From contig OZ024742.1 in the NCBI GenBank assembly GCA_964016885.1, positions 167,338,001 to 167,402,000 on the forward strand: a stretch of DNA of 64,000 bases, in the 5' to 3' direction. The DNA comes from Eledone cirrhosa. Taxonomy: Eukaryota. Shown piece by piece: positions 53,536 to 64,000 of this stretch (positions are counted from its first letter, which is position 1; every line of letters starts with the position of its first letter). The notes beneath the pieces are model-generated. The model did no database searches. It had not been told where the DNA came from and worked only from the letters and a program-made list of their open reading frames with translations. The position numbers and the translations under genes were made by a program.

Positions 53536-56500
53536 GCCGTCCAAGGGGAGATAATTTCCAGCCGTCAAAGGGGAGATAATTTCCAGCCGTCCAAGGGGAG
53601 ATAATTTTTTTTAAAAAATCAGGCGGAGATAATTTGTAAAAAAAATCAGGGGGAGATAATTTGTAAAAAAAAATCAGGGGGAGATAATTTGTAAAAAAAA
53701 ATCAGGGGGAGATAATTTGTAAAAAAAATCAAGGAGAGATAATTTCCAGCCGTCCAAGGGAAGATAATTTCAAGCCCTCCAAGGGGCTATAATTTCCAGT
53801 GTCCAAGGGGAGATAATTTCCAGCCAGCGAAGGGGAGATAATTTTTTTTTAAAAATCAGGGGGAGATTTGTAAAAAAAATCAAGGGGAGATAATTTGTAA
53901 AAAAATCAGGGGGAGATAATTTGTAAAAAAAAAATCAGGGGGAGATAATTTGTAAAAAAAATCAGGGGGAGATAATTTGTAAAAAAAAATCAGGGGTAGA
54001 TAATTTGTAAAAAAAAATCAGGGGGAGATAATTTGTAAAAAAAAAATCAGGGGGAGATAATTTGTAAAAAAAATCAAGGGGAGATAATTTCCAGCCGTCC
54101 AAGGAGAGATAATTTTTAAAAAAAATCAGGCGGAGATAATTTGTAAAAAAAAATCAAGGGGAGATAATTTGTAAAAAAAAATCAGGGGGAGATAATTTGT
54201 AAAAAAAATCAAGGGGAGATAATTTCCAGCCGTCCAAGGGAAGATAATTTCAAGCCCTCCAAGGGGCTATAATTTCCAGTGTCCAAGGGGAGATAATTTC
54301 CAGCCAGCGAAGGGGAGATAATTTTTTTAAAAAAATCAGGGGGAGATATGTAAAAAAAATCAGAGATAATTTCTAAAAAAAATCAAAGGGAGATAATTTC
54401 CAGCCGTCCAAAGTGAGATAATTTCTAGCCGTCCAAGGGGAGATAATTTCCAGCCAAGGGGAGATAATTTCCAGCCGTCCAAGGGGAGATAATTATTTAA
54501 AAAATCAGGGGGAGATAATTTGTAAAAACAAAATCAAGGGCAGATAATTTCCAGCTGTCCAAGGGGAGATAATTTCCAGCCGTGCAAGGGGAGATAATTT
54601 CCAGCCGTCCAAGGGGAGATAATTTCCATCCTTCCAAGGGGAGATAATTTCCAGCCGTCCAAGGGGAGATAATTTCCCGCCAGCCAAGGGAAGATAATTT
54701 TTTAAAAAATCAGGCGGAGATTGTAAAAAAAATCAGGGGGAGATAATTTGTAAAAAAATCAGGGGGAGATAATTTGTAAAAAAAAAATCAGGGGAGATAA
54801 TTTGTAAAAAAAAATCAGGGGGAGATAATTTGTAAAAAAAAAATCAGGGGGAGATAATTTGTAAAAAAAATCAGGGGTAGATAATTTGTAAAAAAAAATC
54901 AGGGGGAGATAATTTGTAAAAAAAAATCAGTGGGAGATAATTTGTAAAAAAATCAAGGGGAGATAATATGCAGCCGTCCAAGGGGAGATAATTTTCAGCC
55001 GTCCAAGGAGAGTTAATTTCTAGCCGTCCAAGGGGAGATAATTTCCAGCCGTCCAAGGGGAGATAATTTCCAGCCGTCCAAGGGGAGATAGTTTTTTTAA
55101 AAAAATCAGGCGGAGATAATTTGTAAAAAAAAAATCAGGGGGAGATAATTTGTAAAAAAAAATCAGGGGGAGATAATTTGTAAAAAAAAATCAAGGGGAG
55201 ATAATTTGTTAAAAAAATCAGGGGGAGATAATTAGTAAAAAAATCAAGGGGAGATAATTTCCAGCCGTCCAAGGGGAGGTAATATCTAGCCGTCCAAGGG
55301 GAGATAATTTCCAGCCGTCCAAGGGTAGATAATATCCAGCCGTCCAAGTAGACATATTTTCCAGCCGTCCAAGGAGAGGTAATTTCTAGCCGTCCAAGGG
55401 GAGATAAATTCTAGCCTCCAAGGGGAGATAATTTCCAGCAAGCCAAGGGGAGATAATTTGTAAAAAAATCAGGGGGAGATAATTTGTAAAAAAAATCAGG
55501 GGGAGATAATTTGTAAAAAAAAATCAGGGGGAGATAATTTGTAAAAAAAATCAGGGGGAGATAATTTGTAAAAAAAAATCAGGGGGAGATAATTTGTAAA
55601 AAAAAATCAGGGGGAGATAATTTGTAAAAAAAAATCAGGGGGAGATAATTTGTAAAAAAAATCAAGGGGAGATAATTTCCAGCCGTCCAAGGGGAGATAA
55701 TTTCCAGCCGTCCAAGGGGAGGTAATATCTAGCCGTCCAAGGGGAGATAATTTCCAGCCGTCCAAGAGGAGATAATTTCCAGCCGTCCAAGGGAAGATAA
55801 TTTCAAGCCCTCCAAGGGGCTATAATTTCCAGTGTCCAAGGGGAGATAATTTCCAGCCAGCGAAGGGGAGATAATTTTTTTTTAAAAATCAGGGGGAGAT
55901 TTGTAAAAAAAATCAGGGGGAGATAATTTGTAAAAAAAATCAAGGGGAGATAATTTCCAGCCGTCGAAGGGAAGATAATTTCCAGCCCTCCAAGGGGCTA
56001 TAATTTCCAGCGTCCAAGAGGAGATAATTTCCAGCCAGCGAAGGGGAGATAATTTTTTTAAAAAAATCATTGGGAGATTTGTAAAAAAAATCAGGGAGAG
56101 ATAATTTGTAAAAAAAATCAAGGGGAGATAATTTCCAGCCGTCCAAGGGGAGGTAATATCTAGCCGTCCAAGGGGAGATAATTTCCAGCCGTCCAAGGGG
56201 AGATAATTTCCAGCCGTCCAAGGGTAGATAATATCCAGCCGTCCAAGTAGACATTTTCCAGCCGTCCAAGGAGAGGTAATTTCTAGCCGTCCAAGGGGAG
56301 ATAAATTCCAGCCTCCAAGGGGAGATAATTTCCAGCCAGCCAAGGGGAGATAATTTGTAAAAAAAATCATGGGGAGATAATTTGTAAAAAAAAATCAGGG
56401 GGAGATAATTTGTAAAAAAAAATCAGGGGGAGATAATTTGTAAAAAAAAATCAGGGGGAGATAATTTGTAAAAAAATCAAGGGGAGATAATTTCCAGCCG

Positions 56501-59500
56501 TCCAAGGGGAGATAATTTTCAGCCGTCCAAGGGGAGATAATTTCCAGCCGTCCAAGGGGAGATAATTTCCATCCCTCCAAGGGGAGATAATTTCCAGCCG
56601 TCCAAGGGGAGATAATTTCCCGCCAACCAAGGGAAGATAATTTTTAAAAAAATCAGGCGGAGATTGTAAAAAAAATCAGGGGGAGATAATTTGTAAAAAA
56701 AAAATCAGGGGGAGATAATTTGTAAAAAAAATCAGGGGGAGATAATTTGTAAAAAAAAATCAAGGGGAGATAATTTGTACAAAAAATCAGGGGTATATAA
56801 TTTGTAAAAAAAAATCAGGGGGAGGTAATTTGTAAAAAAATTCAGGGGGAGATAATTTGTAAAAAAAATCAAGGGGAGATAATTTGCAGCCGTCCAAGGG
56901 GAGATAATTTTCAGCCGTCCAAGGAGAGGTAATTTCTAGCCGTCCAAGGTGAGATAATATCCAGCCGTCCAAGGGGAGATAATTTCCAGCCGTCCAAGGG
57001 GAGATAGTTTTTTTAAAAAAATCAGGCGGAGATAATTTGTAAAAAAAAAATCAGGGGGAGATAATTTGTAAAAAAAAATCAGGGGGAGATAATTTGTAAA
57101 AAAAAATCAAGGGGAGATAATTTGTTAAAAAAATCAGGGGGAGATAATTAGTAAAAAAATCAAGGTGAGATAATTTCCAGCCGTCCAAGGGGAGGTAATA
57201 TCTAGCCGTCCAAGGGGAGATAATTTCCAGCCGTCCAAGGGGAGATAATTTCCAGCCGTCCAAGGGTAGATAATATCCAGCCGTCCAAGTAGACATATTT
57301 TCCAGCCGTCCAAGGAGAGGTAATTTCTAGCCGTCCAAGGGGAGATAAATTCTAGCCTCCAAGGGGAGAATATTTCCAGCAAGCCAAGGGGAGATAATTT
57401 GTAAAAAAATCAGGGGGAGATAATTTGTAAAAAAAATCAGGGGGAGATAATTTGTAAAAAAAAATCAGGGGGAGATAATTTGTAAAAAAAAATCAGGGGG
57501 AGATAATTTGTAAAAAAAAATCAGGGGGAGATAATTTGTAAAAAAAAATCAGGGGGAGATAATTTGTAAAAAAAATCAAGGGGAGATAATTTCCAGCCGT
57601 CCAAGGGGAGATAATTTCCAGCCGTCCAAGGGGAGGTAATATCTAGCCGTCCAAGGGGCTATAATTTCCAGTGTCCAAGGGGAGATAATTTCCAGCCAGC
57701 GAAGGGGAGATAATTTTTTTTTAAAAATCAGGGGGAGATTTGTAAAAAAAATCAGGGGGAGATAATTTGTAAAAAAAATCAAGGGGAGATAATTTCCAGC
57801 CGTCGAAGGGAAGATAATTTCCAGCCCTCCAAGGGGCTATAATTTCCAGCGTCCAAGGGGAGATAATTTCCAGCCAGCGAAGGGGAGATAATTTTTTTAA
57901 AAAAATCATTGGGAGATTTGTAAAAAAAATCAGGGAGAGATAATTTGTAAAAAAAATCAAGGGGAGATAATTTCCAGCCGTCCAAGGGGAGGTAATATCT
58001 AGCCGTCCAAGGGGAGATAATTTCCAGCCGTCCAAGGGGAGATAATTTCCAGCCGTCCAAGGGTAGATAATATCCAGCCGTCCAAGTAGACATTTTCCAG
58101 CCGTCCAAGGAGAGGTAATTTCTAGCCGTCCAAGGGGAGATAAATTCCAGCCTCCAAGGGGAGATAATTTCCAGCCAGCCAAGGGGAGATAATTTGTAAA
58201 AAAAATCATGGGCAGATAATTTGTAAAAAAAAATCAGGGGGAGATAATTTGTAAAAAAAAATCAGGGGGAGATAATTTGTAAAAAAAAATCAGGGGGAGA
58301 TAATTTGTAAAAAAATCAAGGGGAGATAATTTCCAGCCGTCCAAGGGGAGATAATTTTCAGCCGTCCAAGGGGAGATAATTTCCAGCCGTCCAAGGGGAG
58401 ATAATTTCCATCCTTCCAAGGGGAGATAATTTCCAGCCGTCCAAGGGGAGATAATTTCCCGCCAACCAAGGGAAGATAATTTTTAAAAAAATCAGGCGGA
58501 GATTGTAAAAAAAATCAGGGGGAGATAATTTGTAAAAAAAAAATCAGGGGGAGATAATTTGTAAAAAAAATCAGGGGGAGATAATTTGTAAAAAAAAATC
58601 AAGGGGAGATAATTTGTACAAAAAATCAGGGGTATATAATTTGTAAAAAAAAATCAGGGGGAGGTAATTTGTAAAAAAAATCAGGGGGAGATAATTTGTA
58701 AAAAAAATCAAGGGGAGATAATTTGCAGCCGTCCAAGGGGAGATAATTTTCAGCCGTCCAAGGAGAGGTAATTTCTAGCCGTCCAAGGTGAGATAATATC
58801 CAGCCGTCCAAGGGGAGATAATTTCCAGCCGTCCAAGGGGAGATAATTTTAAAAAAAAAACAGGCGAAGATAATTTGTAAAAAAAAAATCAGGGGGAGAT
58901 AATTTTTAAAAAAAAATCAGGGGGAGATAATTTGTAAAAAAAAATCAGGGGGAGGTAATTTGTAAAAAAAATCAAGGGGAGATAATTTCCAGCCGTCCAA
59001 GGGAAGATAATTTCCAGCCCTCCAAGGGGCTATAATTTCCAGCGTCCAAGGGGAGATAATTTCCAGCCAGCGAAGGGGAGATAATTTTTTTTTTTTTAAA
59101 TTAGGGGGACATAATTTGTAAAAAAAATCAGGGGGAGATAATTTGTAAAAAAAATCAAGGGGAGATAATTTTTAAAAAAAAATCAGGGGGAGATAATTTG
59201 TAAAAAAAAATCAGGGGGAGATAATTTGTAAAAAAAATCAAGGGGAGATAATTTGTAAAAAAAAATCAAGGGGAGATAATTTCCAGCCGTCCAAGGGGAG
59301 ATAATTTTCAGCCGTCCAAGGGGAGATAATTTCCCGCCAGCCAAGGAAAGATAATATTTAAAAAAATCAGGCGGAGATAATTTGTAAAAAAAATCAGGGG
59401 GAGATAATTTGTAAAAAAATCAGGGGGAGATAATTTGTAAAAAAAAAATCAGGGGGAGATAATTTGTAAAAAAAATCAGGGGGAGATAATTTGTAAAAAA

Positions 59501-62500
59501 AAATCAGGGGGAGATAATTTGTAAAAAAAAATCAGGGGGAGATAATTTGTAAAAAAAATCAATTGGAGATAATTTCCAGCCGTCCAAGGGGAGATAATTT
59601 TCAGCCGTCCAAGGAGAGGTAATTTCTAGACGTCCAAGGGGAGATAATTTCCAGCCGTCCAAGGGGAGATAATTTCCAGCCGTCCAAGGGTAGATAATAT
59701 CCAGCCGTCCAAGGAGACATATTTTCCAGCTTTCCAAGGAGAGGTAATTTCTAGCCGTCCAAGGGGAGATAAATTCCAGCCTCCAAGGGGAGATAATTTC
59801 CAGCCAGCCAAGGGGAGATAATTTGTAAAAAAATCAGGGGGAGATAATTTGTAAAAAAAAATCAGGGGCAGATAATTTGTAAAAAAAATCAGGAGGAGAT
59901 AATTTGTAAAAAAAATCAGGGGGAGATAATTTGTAAAAAAAATCAAGGGGAGATAATTTCCAGCCGTCCAAGGGGAGATAATTTTCAGCCGTCCAAGGGG
60001 AGATAATTTCCCGCCAGCCAAGGGAAGATAATATTTAAAAAATGAGGCGGAGATAATTTGTAAAAAAATCAGGGGGAGATAATTTGTAAAAAAAAAATCA
60101 GGGAGAGATAATTTGTAAAAAAAATCAGGGGGAGATAATTTGTAAAAAAAAATCAGGGGTAGATAATTTGTAAAAAAAAATCAGGGGGAGATAATTTGTA
60201 AAAAAAATCAGGGTGAGATAATTTGTAAAAAAAATCAAGGGGAGATAATTTCCAGCCGTCCAAGGGAAGATAATTTCAAGCCCTCCAAGGGGCTATAATT
60301 TCCAGTGTCCAAGGGGAGATAATTTCCAGCCAGCGAAGGGGAGATAATTTTTTTTTTTAAATCAGGGGGAGATTTGTACAAAAAATCAGGGGGAGATAAT
60401 TTGTAAAAAAAATCAAAGGGAGATAATTTCCAGCCGTCCAAAGAGAGATAATTTCTAGCCGTCCAAGGGGAGATAATTTCGAGCCAAGCGGAGATAATTT
60501 CCAGCCGTCCAAGGGGAGATAATTTTTTAAAAAATCAGGTGGAGATAATTTGTAAAAAAAATCAGGGGGAGATAATTTGTAAAAACAAAATCAAGGGCAG
60601 ATAATTTCCAGCTGTCCAAGGGGAGATAATTTCCAGCCGTGCAAGGGGAGATAATTTCCAGCCGTCCAAGGGGAGATAATTTCCATCCTTCCAAGGGGAG
60701 ATAATTTCCAGCCGTCCAAGGGGAGATAATTTCCCGCCAGCCAAGGGAAGATAATTTTTTAAAAAATCAGGCGGAGATTGTAAAAAAAATCAGGGGGAGA
60801 TAATTTGTAAAAAAATCAGGGGGAGATAATTTGTAAAAAAATCAAGGGGAGATAATTTCCAGCTGTCCAAAGGGAGGTAATATCTAGCCGTCCAAGGGGA
60901 GATAATTTCCAGCCGTCCAAGGGGAGATAATTTCCAGCCGTCCAAGGGTAGATAATATCCAGCCGTCCAAGGAGACATATTTTCCAGCCGTCCAAGGAGA
61001 GGTAATTTCTAGCCGTCCAAGTGGAGATAAATTCCAGCCTCCAAGGGGAGGGTAGATAATATCCAGCCGTCCAAGGAGACATATTTTCCAGCTTTCCAAG
61101 GAGAGGTAATTTCTAGCCGTCCAAGGGGAGATAAATTCCAGCCTCCAAGGGGAGATAATTTCCAGCCAGCCAAGGGGAGATAATTTGTAAAAAAATCAGG
61201 GGGAGATAATTTGTAAAAAAAAATCAGGGGCAGATAATTTGTAAAAAAAATCAGGAGATAATTTGTAAAAAAAATCAGGGGGAGATAATTTGTAAAAAAA
61301 ATCAAGGGGAGATAATTTCCAGCCGTCCAAGGGGAGATAATTTTCAGCCGTCCAAGGGGAGATAATTTCCCGCCAGCCAAGGGAAGATAATATTTAAAAA
61401 ATGAGGCGGAGATAATTTGTAAAAAAAATCAGGGGGAGATAATTTGTAAAAAAATCAGGGGGAGATAATTTGTAAAAAAAAAATCAGGGAGAGATAATTT
61501 GTAAAAAAAATCAGGGGGAGATAATTTGTAAAAAAAAATCAGGGGTAGATAATTTGTAAAAAAAATCAGGGGGAGATAATTTGTAAAAAAAATCAGGGTG
61601 AGATAATTTGTAAAAAAAATCAAGGGGAGATAATTTCCAGCCGTCCAAGGGAAGATAATTTCAAGCCCTCCAAGGGGCTATAATTTCCAGTGTCCAAGGG
61701 GAGATAATTTCCAGCCAGCGAAGGGGAGATAATTTTTTTTTTTAAATCAGGGGGAGATTTGTACAAAAAATCAGGGGGAGATAATTTGTAAAAAAAATCA
61801 AAGGGAGATAATTTCCAGCCGTCCAAAGAGAGATAATTTCTAGCCGTCCAAGGGGAGATAATTTCGAGCCAAGCGGAGATAATTTCCAGCCGTCCAAGGG
61901 GAGATAATTTTTTAAAAAATCAGGTGGAGATAATTTGTAAAAAAAATCAGGGGGAGATAATTTGTAAAAACAAAATCAAGGGCAGATAATTTCCAGCTGT
62001 CCAAGGGGAGATAATTTCCAGCCGTGCAAGGGGAGATAATTTCCAGCCGTCCAAGGGGAGATAATTTCCATCCTTCCAAGGGGAGATAATTTCCAGCCGT
62101 CCAAGGGGAGATAATTTCCCGCCAGCCAAGGGAAGATAATTTTTTAAAAAATCAGGCGGAGATTGTAAAAAAAATCAGGGGGAGATAATTTGTAAAAAAA
62201 TCAGGGGGAGATAATTTGTAAAAAAAATCAAGGGGAGATAATTTCCAGCTGTCCAAAGGGAGGTAATATCTAGCCGTCCAAAGCGAGATAATTTCCAGCC
62301 GTCCAAGGGGAGATAATTTCCAGCCGTCCAAGGGTAGATAATATCCAGCCGTCCAAGGAGACATATTTTCCAGCCGTCCAAGGAGAGGTAATTTCTAGCC
62401 GTCCAAGTGGAGATAAATTCCAGCCTCCAAGGGGAGATAATTTCCAGCCAGCCAAGGGGAGATAATTTGTAAAAAAATCAGGGGGAGATAATTTGTAAAA

Positions 62501-64000
62501 AAAATCAGGGGGAGATAATTTGTAAAAAAAAATCAGGGGGAGATAATTTGTAAAAAAAATCAGGGGGAGATAATTTGTAAAAAAAATCAAGGGGAGATAA
62601 TTTCCAGCCGTCCAAGGAGAGATAATTTTAAAAAAAAATCAGGCGGAGATAATTTGTAAAAAAAAATCAGGGGGAGATAATTTGTAAAAAAAAATCAGGG
62701 GGAGATAATTTGTAAAAAAAATCAAGGGGAGATAATTTCCAGCCGTCCAAGGGGAGATAATTTTCAGCCGTCCAAGGGGAGATAATTTCCAGCCGTCCAA
62801 GGGGAGATAATTTGAAAAAAAAATCAGGCGGAGATAATTTGTAAAAAAAATCAAGGGGAGATAATTTGCAACCGTCCAAGGGGACATAATTTTCAGTCGT
62901 CCAAGGAGAGGTAATTTCTAGCCGTACAAGGGGAGATAATTTCCAGCCGTCCAAGGGGAGATAATTTCCAGCCGTCCAAGGGGAGATAATTTTTTTTAAA
63001 AAATCAGGCGGAGATAATTTGTAAAAAAAAAATCAGGGGGAGATAATTTGTAAAAAAAAATCAGGGGTAGATAATTTGTAAAAAAAATCAGGGGGAGATA
63101 ATTTGTAAAAAAAATCAAGGGGAGATAATTTCCAGCCGTCCAAGGGAAGATAATTTCCAGCCCTCCAAGGGGCTATAATTTCCAGCGTCCAAGGGGAGAT
63201 AATTTCCAGCCAGCGAAGGGGAGATAATTGTTTTAAAAAAATCATTGGGAGATTTGTAAAAAAAATCAGGGGGAGATAATTAATAAAAAAAGTCAAGGGG
63301 AGATAATTTCCAGCCGTCCAAGGGGAGGTAATATCTAGCCGTCCAAGGGGAGATAATTTCCAGCCGTCCAAGGGGAGATAATTTCCAGCCGTCCAAGGGT
63401 AGATAATATCCAGCCGTCCAAGGAGACATATTTTCCAGCCGTCCAAGGAGAGGTAATTTCTAGCCGTCCAAGGGGAGATAAATTCCAGCCTCCAAGGGGA
63501 GATAATTTCCAGCCAGCCAAGGGGAGATAATTTGTAAAAAAATCAGGGGGAGATAATTTGTAAAAAAAATCAGGGGTAGATAATTTGTAAAAAAAAATCA
63601 GGGGGAGATAATTTGTAAAAAAAAATCAGGGGGAGATAATTTGTAAAAAAAATCAAGGGGAGATAATTTCCAGCCGTCCAAGGAGAGATAATTTTTAAAA
63701 AAAATCAGGCGGAGATAATTTGTAAAAAAAAATCAGGGGGAGATAATTTGTAAAAAAAAATCAGGGGGAGATAATTTGTAAAAAAAATCAAGGGGAGATA
63801 ATTTCCAGCCGTCCAAGGGGAGATAATTTCCAGCCGTCCAAGGGGAAATAATTTTTTTAAAAAAATCAGGCGGAGATAATTTGTAAAAAAAATCAGGGGG
63901 AGATAATTTGTAAAAAAAAATCAGGGGGAGATAATTTGTAAAAAAAAATCAGGGGGAGATAATTTCCAGCCGTCCAAGGTAAGATAATTTCCAGCCCTCC
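53535..64000 (+). repeat. Near-identical copy of ~19963-30428 at constant offset 33,572 bp
   Basis: Every ORF from 20933 to 29763 except 26883..27122 has a twin exactly 33,572 bp downstream (54505 to 63335). The rare variant CCGTCAAAG at ~19990 recurs at ~53562. Confidence 0.95.

Larger units (their letters stand above)
1..64000 (+). repeat. Composite two-monomer satellite array (25-bp type A and 26-29-bp type B sharing the core GGGGAGATAATTT), running off both window edges
   Basis: The core or a close variant recurs every 21-30 bp on every line from position 1 to 64000. G-runs are always on the + strand. I saw no inverted block or non-repeat insert, and the ORF track has only minus-strand ORFs, consistent with one orientation. 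Confidence 0.99.

Noticed and set aside
924-63520. Numerous minus-strand ORFs of 60-162 aa (KLSPLGRLEIISPWTAGNYLPLDGW, IFFTNYLPL)
   Set aside because: They are the three-frame translation of the 25-bp and 26-29-bp monomers. They overlap in all frames, shift frame with A-tract length, mostly start at alternative codons such as TTG, and show no recognisable domain.
1-64000. CRISPR-like constant repeat plus spacer pattern
   Set aside because: The core is only 13 bp. The spacers are 12-16 bp and come from two recurring families rather than being unique. There is no leader or cas gene.
1-64000. Telomerase-made long telomeric repeat (23-25-bp yeast type) or two-template reverse-transcriptase product
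   Set aside because: It does not match any telomeric repeat I know. Rare variants are copied in kb-scale blocks, which indicates DNA duplication rather than fresh templated synthesis of each unit.
1-64000. Pure sequencing artefact (adapter concatemer, rolling-circle product or homopolymer noise)
   Set aside because: Hierarchically shared variants and reproducible A-tract lengths indicate real evolved sequence. Only the largest duplications need read-level validation.
1-64000. Plasmid iterons, viral homologous regions or an embedded mobile element
   Set aside because: There is no rep or transposase gene, terminal inverted repeat, target-site duplication or unique sequence, and the array is far larger than such elements.

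Overview
The whole 64 kb window is one uninterrupted, single-orientation, head-to-tail satellite array of roughly 2,400-2,500 monomers (estimated as 64,000/~26). I found no unique sequence, gene, RNA gene, transposon or CRISPR array. Two monomer families share the 13-bp core GGGGAGATAATTT. Type A is 25 bp (AAGGGGAGATAATTTCCAGCCGTCC, one CpG). Type B is 26-29 bp (AGGGGGAGATAATTTGT-A7..10-TC). They alternate in short runs and are joined by stereotyped hinge monomers. The A-runs fall into about seven recurring cassettes with diagnostic variants. These cassettes are built into nested higher-order duplications with offsets of about 1.39, 1.84-1.94, 3.8, 7.2, 11.1, 14.6 and 33.57 kb. All listed ORFs are minus-strand translations of the repeat. 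The array looks like eukaryotic heterochromatic satellite (centromeric, pericentromeric or subtelomeric), but I cannot identify the organism or family. The interest lies in the repeat grammar and duplication history. Any function is inference only.
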